DNA of 64,000 bases from Verrucomicrobiota bacterium (GCA_039798785.1 JBDKFG010000011.1:20600-84599); one strand, 5' to 3'; shown: positions 37,837-49,468, counted from the first letter of the stretch. A program made the numbers and translations. The notes: generated by a model from the letters alone, not told the origin.

Positions 37837-39291
37837 TCAGCTCATCCGGAAGTCCCAGCCTTTGCGGTATTCCTTGGTGAGGAGCGAGGTGGCGAGTTCG
37901 CTATTGGTGAAGCGCATCGCGGCGGCGTCGTAGGCGAGCTGGCCGCCGGTGACTTGCACCAGGGTGGCGGCGAGGAGGGTTTCGGTGAAGGGCGCGGCGT
38001 AGGCGAAGTTGGCGGCGGGATAGTCGAAGGGCTTGTCGCCCTTGGCGGCGGCGAACCATTCCTCCCAGTGGCCTTCCGAGCGCTTGATCGTCTGGGCTGG
38101 CGCGGCGACCTGGCCGAAGATCTTGCAGCCCATTTCCTGGGCCGGCTTGGCGGCGGGATCGGCGTCCTTCATCACCACCACGATGTTGTTGCAATAGTCG
38201 TCGAGGCCGAGCAGCCAGCCTTTTTCGCATTCGAGGAGGACGCCGGAGGACTGGAGCTGGACGGCTTCGGGGAGGCCGGCGGGACGGGCGGGCTTGCGGC
38301 CGCCTTCGTACCAGGTGAGGCTGAGCTCGGGCATCGCCTTGCCCTCGACCTGGCGGGCGGGGAAGACGAAGCGCACGGTGGAGCCGCCGGGCAGCTCGGG
38401 CTTGTTGTAGTCCGCCTTCGAGGCGGGCCAGGCGTTGGCGTCCTTGCCCAGGCCCTCGCCGTCGAGCAGCTCGACCGATTGGAAGTGGTTGAGACCCAGG
38501 GCCCAGAAGGTGCCGTCGAGGGTGTGGCAGCCCATGTCGCCAAGAGCGCCGGTGCCGAAGTCGCGGACGCCGCGCCAGTGGAAGGGGTGGTAGCCGTTGT
38601 GGTAGGGACGGAAGGGGGCGGGGCCGAGGAAGCAATCCCAGTCGAGATTGGCGGGGACGGGCTTTTCGCCGTCGGGGCGGGGCATGCCCTGCTTCCACCA
38701 GGCGCCGGAGCGGTTGGTCCAGGCATGGGCCTTGAGGACGCCGCCGAGGAGGCCGGAGCGGACCCATTCGACCAGGCGGCGATTGCCTTCGTTGGCGTGC
38801 ATCTGGTTACCCATCGAAGTGGCGACCTTGTAGCGGTCGCGGGCGGCGAGGAGCTGGCGCGCTTCCCAGACGGTGTGGGCGAGAGGCTTCTGAGTGTAGA
38901 CATGCTTTCCGGCCATCATCGCCAGGATGGTGGCGGGGTAATGGTGATGGTCGGGAGTGGAGACGACGACGGCATCGAAGTCCTTGCCGTGCTGATCGTA
39001 GAGCTTGCGGTAGTCGCTCAGCAGCTTGGCGCCGGGGAAGGTCTTGAGCGCGTTTTTGCACATGCCGGGGTCGACATCGACGATGAAGGGGCATGATCCG
39101 AACTGATTGATCTGAGGTACTCCCTGGCCGTTGGCGATGCCCCCGCCGCCGATCATGGCGACACGCAGCCGGGCGTTGGCGCCGGGGACCTTCTCCCAGC
39201 TGCGGGCGCTGAGGGCCAGGCCGGCGACGCCGGCGCCAATGACGAATTCGCGACGGCTGATCAAGTAAGAGTTGAGTTGCTGCTGATCCAC
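37837..39291 (-). CDS. Tat-exported Gfo/Idh/MocA oxidoreductase
   Basis: SRREFV Tat motif, STPDHHH, GKHVYTQKP, GDMGCH, EYRKGW. Confidence 0.9.
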   Translation of the reverse strand: MDQQQLNSYLISRREFVIGAGVAGLALSARSWEKVPGANARLRVAMIGGGGIANGQGVPQINQFGSCPFIVDVDPGMCKNALKTFPGAKLLSDYRKLYDQHGKDFDAVVVSTPDHHHYPATILAMMAGKHVYTQKPLAHTVWEARQLLAARDRYKVATSMGNQMHANEGNRRLVEWVRSGLLGGVLKAHAWTNRSGAWWKQGMPRPDGEKPVPANLDWDCFLGPAPFRPYHNGYHPFHWRGVRDFGTGALGDMGCHTLDGTFWALGLNHFQSVELLDGEGLGKDANAWPASKADYNKPELPGGSTVRFVFPARQVEGKAMPELSLTWYEGGRKPARPAGLPEAVQLQSSGVLLECEKGWLLGLDDYCNNIVVVMKDADPAAKPAQEMGCKIFGQVAAPAQTIKRSEGHWEEWFAAAKGDKPFDYPAANFAYAAPFTETLLAATLVQVTGGQLAYDAAAMRFTNSELATSLLTKEYRKGWDFRMS

Positions 39292-39403
39292 GGCGATCTC
39301 CTGGAATTAAGGTTTCTGAGGTGCTGCAATTCAGATCAGATCGCCGGCCTTCGATAAAAGTTCCCTGAGGCTGATAAATATCCGGGCAAGGTTATTTTGA
39401 AGA

Positions 39404-40297
39404 ATGATGAAAAACCAGCTGAAAAATACGCCTTTCAAAGCAGACTGGAGTCTCGACGCGGTGATCCGTCCGGGCCAGGCCCCGGCCTGGGAAGGGAAAG
39501 AGACGCTGGGAGAGCTGAGCTGGGAGAAGCCGCGGCTGAGCTCCCTCTGGTTTCTCTGCAATCTCTGCCAGCTCAGCTACAGCGCCAGCCGGGAGCGTCT
39601 GGATCTGCGGCTCGGGCGAGCCGGGCTGCCGCCGGTCGAGCTGTGGCTGCAGCAAGGCTCTCAAAACGCCTACGGGCTCCGCTGCCAAGGGGCGCGCCTC
39701 CTGATCTTCCAGGGCAGCACCGGACTTGAATGCCTGCGTTTCGACCTGAAATGTACGCCACGCCGCGACCGCCTCAGCGGACTCCGGGTGCATGGGGGTT
39801 TTCTCAGCGCCTGGGAGCTCCTGGCGGAGGAAGTGCTGGCCTGGGCCCGGGACGACGAATCCCTGCCCCTGGTGGTCGCCGGCCACAGCCTCGGCGGCGC
39901 TCTGGCCGCCCTGGCGGCGCCGGCTCTTCCTACGAGCCTGCGTTACGCCGTCGGCTTCGGCGCTCCGCGCCTGGTCCTGGCGGACGACGCAGGAAGATAC
40001 GGCGCCCCCTATTTCCGGCTGCGCAACTTCGACGATCCGGTGGCGCGGCTGCCGCCGCGCCAGCTCGGCTTCGAGCATGTCGGCCAGGAGCTCTGGCTGG
40101 GGGCGGACCTGCGCCTGCGGCCGCCGGAGGAGGAATCCTTCGTCCTGTCACTGGCGGAGGAGCTGCGCCATCCCTTCCGGGCCTGGCGGCGGGGGTGGAA
40201 TGCCTCCCCCCTCCGCTGCCTCTCCGATCACGCCCCTTTGAACATGGCCCGCGGCCTGATGGGCACCTTGAGGGAGTGCGGCGACCGCGAGATCTGA
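39404..40297 (+). CDS. Lipase class 3 family protein
   Basis: VHGGF, GHSLGG, FGAPR, DPVARLP, SDH catalytic motifs. Confidence 0.85.
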   Translation: MMKNQLKNTPFKADWSLDAVIRPGQAPAWEGKETLGELSWEKPRLSSLWFLCNLCQLSYSASRERLDLRLGRAGLPPVELWLQQGSQNAYGLRCQGARLLIFQGSTGLECLRFDLKCTPRRDRLSGLRVHGGFLSAWELLAEEVLAWARDDESLPLVVAGHSLGGALAALAAPALPTSLRYAVGFGAPRLVLADDAGRYGAPYFRLRNFDDPVARLPPRQLGFEHVGQELWLGADLRLRPPEEESFVLSLAEELRHPFRAWRRGWNASPLRCLSDHAPLNMARGLMGTLRECGDREI

Positions 40298-40359
40298 GTC
40301 GCAAGCTGTGGCAAGTGCCTTTTGAACGACTAGCTTAGGCGTCATTCCTGGGAGTCTCA

Positions 40360-41769
40360 ATGGACGACAGCCTCGCGATCACCTTCCTCGCCGTGCTGGC
40401 AGCGCTGCTTTCCGCCGTGCTGGGGCTGCAGCGTTGGCGAATCCACCGCCTCGAGCGCCTCTCCGCCAGACAGGCACGCGACCGCAAGGCGCTGGGGAAC
40501 TTCCTCAACCGCTTCACCCACTCGATCGCCGCGGTCGAGGACATGGACAACACCGTCATCGCCCTCGGACGCTTCATCTCCGAGGCCATCCACGCACGAT
40601 CCCTCTGCATCTTCTTCACCGACGAGCACCGCAAGTCGCTCAATGCGGTGGCGACCATCGGCCAGTTCCCCAGCCTCAGCAGCCTCGACGGCCTCGCTTC
40701 CGGCGGAGTCGACAACCTTCGCGACCGCCGCATCGAGATCGGCAAGGGCTTCCTCGGCGCCGTCGCCCGCTACATGCGCCCGGTGCTCTTCTCCCGCCAC
40801 TCGGCCCTGCCCAACGACATCCCCCTCCCCCAGACCCAGGGCATCCGCTGCGCCATGGCGGTGCCGATCGTCCTCGAAGGAGAGTTGAAAGGCCTGATCT
40901 GCGCCGTCGACTGCTCCGACCGCGACGGGGTCTTCGACGAGGACGACCTTGCCTTGCTGGAAAGCATCTCCGGACATGCCGCACTCGCCCGCAGCATCAT
41001 CGACACCTACCAGCGCATCGGCGAACAGAAGCGGATGGAGCAGGAACTCGACTTCGCCCGCGCCATCCAAAAGACCCTCATGCCCGAACAGATGCCGGTC
41101 TTCAAGGACCTCGTCGTCGCCGGCACCAACCTCCCCGCCAAGGAGGTGTCCGGCGACTACTACGACTCCATCGTCATCGACGAAAGCCGCACCCTGCTCG
41201 TCGTCGCCGACGCCTCCGGCAAAGGCGTCCCGGCTTGCCTGATCATGACCATGACCCGCTCCGTCCTGCGCTCTCTGTGCAGCCGCTTCACCTCCCTCGA
41301 CGAACTCCTCCTCGAGCTCAACGCCTACATGGTCCGCGACACCGAGATGAGCCGCTTCGTCACCATGGTCCTCTGCCTCGTCGACACCGAGAACCGCTCC
41401 CTCGAAATGGCCCGCGCCGGCCACACTCCGATCATGCTGCGCAACCGCGCCAACGAAGTCTTCGAGATCAGCCCCGACGGCCCGGCCATCGGCCTGCTCC
41501 CCAATGAACTCGGAATCAGCTTCGAAACCTTCTCCCTGTCCTTCTCCGACGGCTACTCCCTGATGTTCTTCTCCGATGGCCTCACCGAGGCAGTCAACGA
41601 GAACGGCGAAGAATTCGGCATGGGCCGCCTGACCGAAGCCTGGCGCCGTTGCGCCGGCGGACCGGAATCCACCATCCAGGCCTTGCTCGCCGAAGTCGCC
41701 GCCTTCGCCGGCGACACCGAACAGGCCGACGACCAGACCGTCATGGTCCTGACCATGAAGGGAGCCTGA
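40360..41769 (+). CDS. GAF domain + PP2C (SpoIIE/RsbU-type) phosphatase
   Basis: N-terminal TM, GAF domain, EVSGDYYD, ADASGKGV, RAGH, SDGLTE, DDQT. Confidence 0.9.
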   Translation: MDDSLAITFLAVLAALLSAVLGLQRWRIHRLERLSARQARDRKALGNFLNRFTHSIAAVEDMDNTVIALGRFISEAIHARSLCIFFTDEHRKSLNAVATIGQFPSLSSLDGLASGGVDNLRDRRIEIGKGFLGAVARYMRPVLFSRHSALPNDIPLPQTQGIRCAMAVPIVLEGELKGLICAVDCSDRDGVFDEDDLALLESISGHAALARSIIDTYQRIGEQKRMEQELDFARAIQKTLMPEQMPVFKDLVVAGTNLPAKEVSGDYYDSIVIDESRTLLVVADASGKGVPACLIMTMTRSVLRSLCSRFTSLDELLLELNAYMVRDTEMSRFVTMVLCLVDTENRSLEMARAGHTPIMLRNRANEVFEISPDGPAIGLLPNELGISFETFSLSFSDGYSLMFFSDGLTEAVNENGEEFGMGRLTEAWRRCAGGPESTIQALLAEVAAFAGDTEQADDQTVMVLTMKGA

Positions 41770-41770
41770 G

Positions 41771-42562
41771 ATGCTGGCGCGACTCGGGCGGCTTCTCCCC
41801 GCAGCCATGGCCTTCGGCCTCATAGCCTTCATCCTCCTCCCTTGGCTCTTCCCCTCCTGCCGCAACGCCTGCCACCAGCTCTTCCTCGCCTTCCTGCCCG
41901 ACAGCATCTACGACAAAGGCTATGCCGGCGCACCCACCGAAATCGAATACAAGAGCGCCAAGGCCAACGCCGAACGCCTGCAGACCGAGATGACGCTGCT
42001 CCGCCCCTTGAAGGAACGGGTCCAGGAACTCGAACGCCAGCAAGGCATCCCGCTTGAAGAGGAGGTGGTGCTGACCCAGTGCCGCGTCGTCCAGCGCGGC
42101 CCTGAAAACTGGCGCTACCAGCTGATCATCGCCTTCGATCCGGCCGCAAAGGTCAGCGTCGGCACGCCACTCGTGGTCAAGGGCAACGTCGTCGGGCGGG
42201 TCCTCGACACCTGGCGCGGCCACGCCCGGGTTGCGACTCTGCTCGACAACAGTTGCCGACTTTCCTGCCGCGTCGAAGGCACCCAAGCTTACGGCATCCT
42301 CGAAGGCGAGGCTCTGAAGAATCCCGGCCTGGCCGAACGCTTCTATTGCCGCCTCGTCGGCCTGCCGCGTGACATCCCCCTCCGCCCCGACAGCCTGGTC
42401 AGCACCTCAGGACTCGGCGGCGACGCGGTTCCTGCCGGTCTCCTCGTCGGCAGGGTCGTCAGCAGCAATGTCGACGAGCTCAGCACCACGGCCGTGGTCG
42501 AGCTTTCCGCCCCGCTTGCCGGCTTCCCCTATGGCACCCTCACAGGCCGGAGCGCCCCCTGA
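41771..42562 (+). CDS. mreC: Rod shape-determining protein MreC
   Basis: TM, coiled coil, VVGRV, STSGLGG..PAGLLVGRV. Confidence 0.82.
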   Translation: MLARLGRLLPAAMAFGLIAFILLPWLFPSCRNACHQLFLAFLPDSIYDKGYAGAPTEIEYKSAKANAERLQTEMTLLRPLKERVQELERQQGIPLEEEVVLTQCRVVQRGPENWRYQLIIAFDPAAKVSVGTPLVVKGNVVGRVLDTWRGHARVATLLDNSCRLSCRVEGTQAYGILEGEALKNPGLAERFYCRLVGLPRDIPLRPDSLVSTSGLGGDAVPAGLLVGRVVSSNVDELSTTAVVELSAPLAGFPYGTLTGRSAP

Positions 42563-43068
42563 TGGATTATCTGCGCGGCGCGGTGCACCTGCTGGTCTTC
42601 GGCTTCGTGGCTCTGTGGATCGAGCTCGCGCTTGGACGGCAGAACTTCTGGCTTCCGTGCGGATTTCTCTTCGCCTTCTATCTCGCCTGCTGCCGCGGCT
42701 GGCGCTTCGCCGCCTTGTGGAGCAGCTTCGCCGCAGTCGTCCTCAACGATCTCGGCGGCTACTCCAGCCTGCCCGGCTTCATCCTCGCCGTCCTCTGGGG
42801 CCAGATCTGGCGCCGCAGCGGCGAACGCAGCCGCCTCCTGGTCCAGATCTTCCCCGCAGCAGTCCTCCTTGCCGCCGCCGGCGCCTTGACCCGCGGCTTC
42901 GATTACTGGCGCTTCGGCGCCCTCAACCTCCACGAAAGCGCCTTGTCCCTGATGGGCAGCGTCGCCGCTGGCGCCCTCAGCTTCCCGGTCTTGCTCGCCG
43001 TCTGGGACGGCTGTGCCGAACGACTCGGCCTCAGTTCTTATGACAGCGGCATCGAACGCGTCGATTGA
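42562..43068 (+). CDS. MreD-like membrane protein
   Basis: 168 aa, about five TM helices, TGATG-coupled to mreC (positional inference). Confidence 0.55.
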   Translation: MDYLRGAVHLLVFGFVALWIELALGRQNFWLPCGFLFAFYLACCRGWRFAALWSSFAAVVLNDLGGYSSLPGFILAVLWGQIWRRSGERSRLLVQIFPAAVLLAAAGALTRGFDYWRFGALNLHESALSLMGSVAAGALSFPVLLAVWDGCAERLGLSSYDSGIERVD

Positions 43069-43127
43069 GATCTCGGCCCGCGCCTGAGCCTCACTCAACC
43101 TGGATTCCTATCCTTCACCCTAAATTC

Positions 43128-43290
43128 CGACCTGTGTCACTCCATTTGAGCTCGGCCACAAAAGACACAAAGAACAGAGTTTTGCCGTGTCAGCTCGCCG
43201 AGTGTCAGTCGCTCATTCATCCTTCTGCGTTCTTCGTTCTTCTGCCTCTTCTGCGGTTCAATTGAGCTTGAATCGGAGCAACACAGGTCG
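43128..43290. mobile_element. MITE-like element, family A copy 2
   Basis: TIR CGACCTGTGT/ACACAGGTCG; perfect 8-bp direct repeat CTAAATTC at 43120-43127 and 43291-43298. Confidence 0.85.
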
Positions 43291-43318
43291 CTAAATTCCG
43301 CAGCAGCGGAATGGAACC

Positions 43319-43493
43319 GGGTTGAAAGCCTGGAGGGCTGAAAGGCAAATACATGAACAACAGCGACAAATGACGATCCTAGTTCGACCTGCATGACTGC
43401 CAACCGGAGGAGTCACCGAGCGTCCTCGAACACCACAACCTCTTGCTGTTGTAGCTAAACCTTACAACCTTTGAACCTTACAACCTTTCAACT
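43319..43493. repeat. Degenerate octamer repeat array (T[TA][CG]AACCT) with an inverted partner
   Basis: 43457-43493 aaacct-tacaacct-ttgaacct-tacaacct-ttcaact; 43319-43345 ggttgaaa..ggctgaaagg. Confidence 0.65.
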
Positions 43494-43524
43494 GCGGTTT
43501 TTAGGTTCACCCGCCGCCAGCAGA

Positions 43525-44187
43525 TCACATCCAGTCAGCGGTCTTGATCGGCGGATCGAGGTTGATCTTGCCGGCAGCGAGATCGATCTGGAACTGCAGC
43601 AGGGCAGGCCGCAGGACATCGATCCAGAGGCGGCTGTCAAGGAATTTCTCGGGGTCGCGGGCGTCGAACTGGAGCCCTTCAGGCACAGGGACGATGAAGC
43701 ATTTGCCCATCGCCGGATGCTCTTTCTTGCTGTCCGGCTTGCCGTCCTTGCCGGGGACGATCTCGGTGCGGGCAGGAACTTCGAGACCGATAAAGAGTTT
43801 GGCTTTTTTGTCGCCGCCGGTCTTGGCCGCTGACTTGCCGATGTTTTGGGCATTGTAGAAAATGCCGCGAGGGAGGACGACAAAGCCGGCGCTGTTGGGG
43901 GAAACGGCGATCTCAAGGCTGTCCCGGGTCTCGTAGACGCTCGGTTTCTTGGAGAAGACCAGGACGTGCAGAAGGTCAGGCACGGGCTTGGTCTGATAAG
44001 TGACCTGGACAAAAGCCTCAGGACTTTCGAAAGTCCTATGCTGATAGGTCGGCTTGTTACGCAGGACGTTGTAGATCAAGGCCAAGGGCATGATACAGGA
44101 GATGGCAACCAGAATGAAGACCAGGCGTAGGCCGCTCTTGAGGCCGGCCTTCTGCTCGTCGGGACTGGGGATGTGCTTGTCGGTCAT
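43525..44187 (-). CDS. Hypothetical single-TM protein
   Basis: 220-aa ORF with coding-like codon usage. Confidence 0.6.
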   Translation of the reverse strand: MTDKHIPSPDEQKAGLKSGLRLVFILVAISCIMPLALIYNVLRNKPTYQHRTFESPEAFVQVTYQTKPVPDLLHVLVFSKKPSVYETRDSLEIAVSPNSAGFVVLPRGIFYNAQNIGKSAAKTGGDKKAKLFIGLEVPARTEIVPGKDGKPDSKKEHPAMGKCFIVPVPEGLQFDARDPEKFLDSRLWIDVLRPALLQFQIDLAAGKINLDPPIKTADWM

Positions 44188-44284
44188 AGAGGAATCAGGG
44201 GTTGGAGGTGAAAAAATGAGACGGATGAGCTCAACTGAGTCTGGAGTCCAAGGTCACTGAGTCCTGGAATTTTCCTGGAAAGAA

Positions 44285-44310
44285 GAAAGGGAGCCGGGCG
44301 GCTCCCTTTC
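44285..44310 (-). terminator. Terminator of the act-cox operon
   Basis: GAAAGGGAGCC-gggc-GGCTCCCTTTC, followed by a U-rich tail on the minus strand. Confidence 0.75.
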
Positions 44311-44320
44311 TGTACTTGGC

Positions 44321-44869
44321 TCAGTGAGCGTGGCCTTCGTGGCTGTGTCCGTGATCGTGATCGTGGCCATGACCGTGGCCCTCGATCTCCTCGCCGTTCT
44401 TCTGATAGCCTTCCTTCGCGGGGATGAGGACGGCCTTGCCGGGAATCTCGGAGGAGTTCCGGAAGCTGGCGGGAGCATGGTCCTTGATGAACTCAGGAGT
44501 GGCCTGGGTGCGGCGGGTGAGGGTGTCAGAGAGAGTGAAGAGGAAGAAGAAGCCGAGGAAGATGGTGCCGCTGATGAAGGTCAGGCGGTTGACCGGTGTG
44601 TCTGCGACGATGTGCATGAAGAGGCCGACGACGAGGACTCCGCAGAGGGTGGCTCCGCCCATGATGACGCAGTTGAAGACCGTGCTGTATTCGGCGGCGG
44701 CATTGTGCACCTTGAGGAATTTCTCGAGGAGGTGCGGGACGCAGACCGAGACGAAGACGTTGAAGAGAGTGAAGGCGATGAGGAGGAAGGTGACGCCGAA
44801 AGCGGCCTTGAAGGAGATGGCGTGAGGCTCGTGCTGGGCCTCGACGAGGTGGTGGTCGTGTTCAGACAT
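44321..44869 (-). CDS. Cytochrome c oxidase subunit IV family protein with His-rich termini
   Basis: Three TM helices, FMH motif, directly after coxIII; start MSEHDHH. Confidence 0.7.
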   Translation of the reverse strand: MSEHDHHLVEAQHEPHAISFKAAFGVTFLLIAFTLFNVFVSVCVPHLLEKFLKVHNAAAEYSTVFNCVIMGGATLCGVLVVGLFMHIVADTPVNRLTFISGTIFLGFFFLFTLSDTLTRRTQATPEFIKDHAPASFRNSSEIPGKAVLIPAKEGYQKNGEEIEGHGHGHDHDHGHSHEGHAH

Positions 44870-44887
44870 GGTGTGTATTCCCTGCAA

Positions 44888-45562
44888 TTACTTGATGAGA
44901 TAGAACATGGGGAAGAGGAAGATCCAGATCAATTCGACCAGGTGCCAGTACATGCCGGTGAGTTCGACCGGGGTGTAGTAGTCCTTGTAGAAGTGGCCGC
45001 GGGCAGCGCGGTAGGAGCACCAGAGGATGGCGGTCATGCCGATGATGACGTGGAGCACGTGGGTGCCGGTCATGACGAAGTAGAGGGAGAAGAAGTGATG
45101 GGCGTTGGAGTAGTGTTCGCCGTCGAAGGAGAAGTTGGCGCCGGGGAAGATCCCGAGGTGGAACTTGTGGGAGTATTCGAAGTACTTGACGATGAGGAAG
45201 CCGGCGCCGCAGAGGACGGTGGCGAGCATCATCTTGACCGCGGTCTTCTTGTCGCTCATCTTGACCGCGCGGATGGCGAGCGACATGGTGAGCGAGCTGA
45301 GGATGAGGATGCAAGTGTTGACCAGGCCGAGCTTCCAGTCCATCAGCTGGGCGCAGTGCTTGAAGGTCTCGGGATACCACAGGCGATACACGACCCAGGC
45401 GACGAAGAGGCCGCCGAAGAGCATGATTTCGGTGAGGAGGAACATCCACATGCCGAACTTGCAGGCGTCGAATTCCTGGTCCGCAGTGGCGAAGTGGTGA
45501 GCGACGAAACGAGTCTTGAAGAAGTCGTTGCCGATCTTGGTGATCTGTTTTTCAGTAGCCAT
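44888..45562 (-). CDS. coxC: Cytochrome c oxidase subunit III
   Basis: GMWMFLLTEIMLFGGLF, TGTHVLHV, YWHLVELIW. Confidence 0.93.
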   Translation of the reverse strand: MATEKQITKIGNDFFKTRFVAHHFATADQEFDACKFGMWMFLLTEIMLFGGLFVAWVVYRLWYPETFKHCAQLMDWKLGLVNTCILILSSLTMSLAIRAVKMSDKKTAVKMMLATVLCGAGFLIVKYFEYSHKFHLGIFPGANFSFDGEHYSNAHHFFSLYFVMTGTHVLHVIIGMTAILWCSYRAARGHFYKDYYTPVELTGMYWHLVELIWIFLFPMFYLIK

Positions 45563-45577
45563 TTGCTGGTGCTCCGA

Positions 45578-47248
<1,671 letters not shown>

Positions 47249-47268
47249 TTGTGCAGGGACCTTTGTGC

Positions 47269-48489
47269 TTACTTGACAGTCTTGAGGAATTCTTTGAGAT
47301 AGATCATTTCTTCATCGCTGACAGCGATCGGCGGCATGACGGGCGGGAAGCCTTCGGCGATCTTGGCGCCGGGGTTCTTGATCGATTCGATCAGGTAGGC
47401 GTCGTCACCGACGACTTCGCCGGCGCTGGTCTTGTGTTTGCTGCCATAGAAATTGAAGAGCGAAGGACCGACCGACTTCTTGCCCTCTTCGAGGGAGTGG
47501 CAGGAGCTGCACTTGTTCTTGTAGCAGTCCTTACCGGCAACAAGGGGGTCGACGACGTTGATGTCCTTCAGGAACTTCTGGAATTCAGCCTGGCTGACGA
47601 CTTTCATGTAGCCGATCATGTAGGAGTGGTCGGTGCCGCACATCTCGTTGCAGGTGTAGAGATACGTGCCTTCCTTGACCGGGGTGAACCAAGTGGAGCG
47701 GAACTGGTTGCCGGGGATGGCGTCGCGCTTGACGCGCATCGAGGGGATGGCAAAGCTGTGGAGGACGTCTTCAGACTTGATGTGGAGGCGGACAGGGGTG
47801 TTGACCGGGACGACGAAGTAATTCGATTTCGGGTCGGTCGACTGGGCATAGACCCAGAGGTCGGAGTTCTTCGGATCGTCGAGCTTGGCGCTGGCGGCGG
47901 CATCGGCCGGGACCCATTCGCCGTTCTTGCCGAGGGTGAAGTCCTTCTTGCCAGAGAGGCGGATCGAGTCGCCGGGGGTGAAGTCTTTATCCTTGCCGCT
48001 GGCCTTGAAGGCGGCGAGGTCGGCGATCTTCTCGAGATTGGCGTTCTTCTCGTTGCGGAGCGAGCCGCGGGAGTTGACCTTGCCACCCTGGGGGTAGACG
48101 AAGTCCCAGTTCCACTTGCGGCCAGTGACGTAGATGTCGACGACGCCATGGACATTGGCGGGCGGCTCGTTGATTTCGGCATAGGTCTTGTAGCCGAAGA
48201 AGAAGAGACCGAAGAGGAAGACCATCGGGATGACCGACCAGATCACTTCGAGAGTGAGGTTATGGGAGATATGGGGAGTCTCATCGTTCTCGCTCTTACG
48301 GCGATACTTGAAGACGAAGTAAAGCATGGCGGCCGTGATCAGGATGAGCGAGACCAGGCTGACCCAGTTGATGACGTCGAGGACGATGTCGATCTGCGGG
48401 GCGTGCTCCGAGGCCTGAGGGGCCTGGAGGAGCGTGGCTTGTTCCTGCGGCGCCGGGGTGAGTGGGCTGGTGTCGTTCATGGATGGCAT
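47269..48489 (-). CDS. coxB: Cytochrome c oxidase subunit II with fused cytochrome c (caa3-type)
   Basis: LEVIWS, DVLHSF, CuA motif [13 protein letters not shown]-terminal CSSCH. Confidence 0.93.
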   Translation of the reverse strand: MPSMNDTSPLTPAPQEQATLLQAPQASEHAPQIDIVLDVINWVSLVSLILITAAMLYFVFKYRRKSENDETPHISHNLTLEVIWSVIPMVFLFGLFFFGYKTYAEINEPPANVHGVVDIYVTGRKWNWDFVYPQGGKVNSRGSLRNEKNANLEKIADLAAFKASGKDKDFTPGDSIRLSGKKDFTLGKNGEWVPADAAASAKLDDPKNSDLWVYAQSTDPKSNYFVVPVNTPVRLHIKSEDVLHSFAIPSMRVKRDAIPGNQFRSTWFTPVKEGTYLYTCNEMCGTDHSYMIGYMKVVSQAEFQKFLKDINVVDPLVAGKDCYKNKCSSCHSLEEGKKSVGPSLFNFYGSKHKTSAGEVVGDDAYLIESIKNPGAKIAEGFPPVMPPIAVSDEEMIYLKEFLKTVK

Positions 48490-48529
48490 GGCTCTTGTCT
48501 TGCGGGTTGGCTGGTTGATGAGAGAGGGG

Positions 48530-49459
48530 TCAGGACTTCGGAATGGCGGCTTTTTCTTCTTTGCGGGCTTCGGCATACCAGAGGCTGCCGAGGAAGAGGA
48601 CCACCAGGAAGAGTGTCAAGGATCCGGCGACCGACATCAGTCGCATGGCGTTGCGGACATAGCCTTTGGCGGCGGGGTTGTAGGAATAGCAGAATTGCAG
48701 AGCCTTGTCCTTGAAGCTGCCGACCTTGCCTTGCCCGGCCTCTGTGACGGCGAGTCGAAGATCGAAGGGCTCGAAACTGATGCCATAGAGGTAGCGGCAG
48801 ATCTTGCCCTCGCCGGAGAGCACATGAGTGAGGTTCGCGTGCAGATATTCCTTCATCTGCTCGTCCCACTTGTAGCGGAAGCCGAGGCTATGGGTGACGG
48901 CCTTGATGGTGGCGGCGTCGGCGGTGACGAAGTTGACCGCCTCGAGCTCGGCAGGGTTGAGCGAGAACTCCTTGGCGTAGGCGTCGCGTTTGGCGGCGGC
49001 GACTTCGGCGGTCTCCTTCGGCTCGAAGGAGATGTTGAGGATGCGAAAATCCTTGCCGAGGCGAAGGCCGGTGCCGGCATCTTCGAGCTTTTTGGAAGTG
49101 CTGAGGCATTCGGTGACGATGACCGAGCAGGTCCGGGGGCAGTAGTAGTAGACAAGGTTGACGATGACGGGACGCTTGCCGTCAAAATAGGTCTTCAAAG
49201 GCACCGACTTGCCGGTCTCGTCGCGCACGAGGAGATTCAGATCCAAGCGGTCGCCAAGCTTCTGGTCGACGCCGACTCCTTCAAGTCTGGAGGGATCATC
49301 CTTGAGATCCTGGCCGATGCTGTAGCTCTGGACCGAGTTGTCGAGACCGCCGCCGTGGGAGGCGAGGGGATCGCTGAAGACGGCCCGGACACCCAAGGCC
49401 AAGGCCAGCAGGGCGGTGAGCCCTGTGGCGATGGCGACTTTCTGGGATTTTCCGGGCAT
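48530..49459 (-). CDS. SCO family copper chaperone
   Basis: YYYCPRTC (CxxxC), conserved His, RYLYGI. Confidence 0.88.
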   Translation of the reverse strand: MPGKSQKVAIATGLTALLALALGVRAVFSDPLASHGGGLDNSVQSYSIGQDLKDDPSRLEGVGVDQKLGDRLDLNLLVRDETGKSVPLKTYFDGKRPVIVNLVYYYCPRTCSVIVTECLSTSKKLEDAGTGLRLGKDFRILNISFEPKETAEVAAAKRDAYAKEFSLNPAELEAVNFVTADAATIKAVTHSLGFRYKWDEQMKEYLHANLTHVLSGEGKICRYLYGISFEPFDLRLAVTEAGQGKVGSFKDKALQFCYSYNPAAKGYVRNAMRLMSVAGSLTLFLVVLFLGSLWYAEARKEEKAAIPKS

Positions 49460-49468
49460 GGCTTCAGA

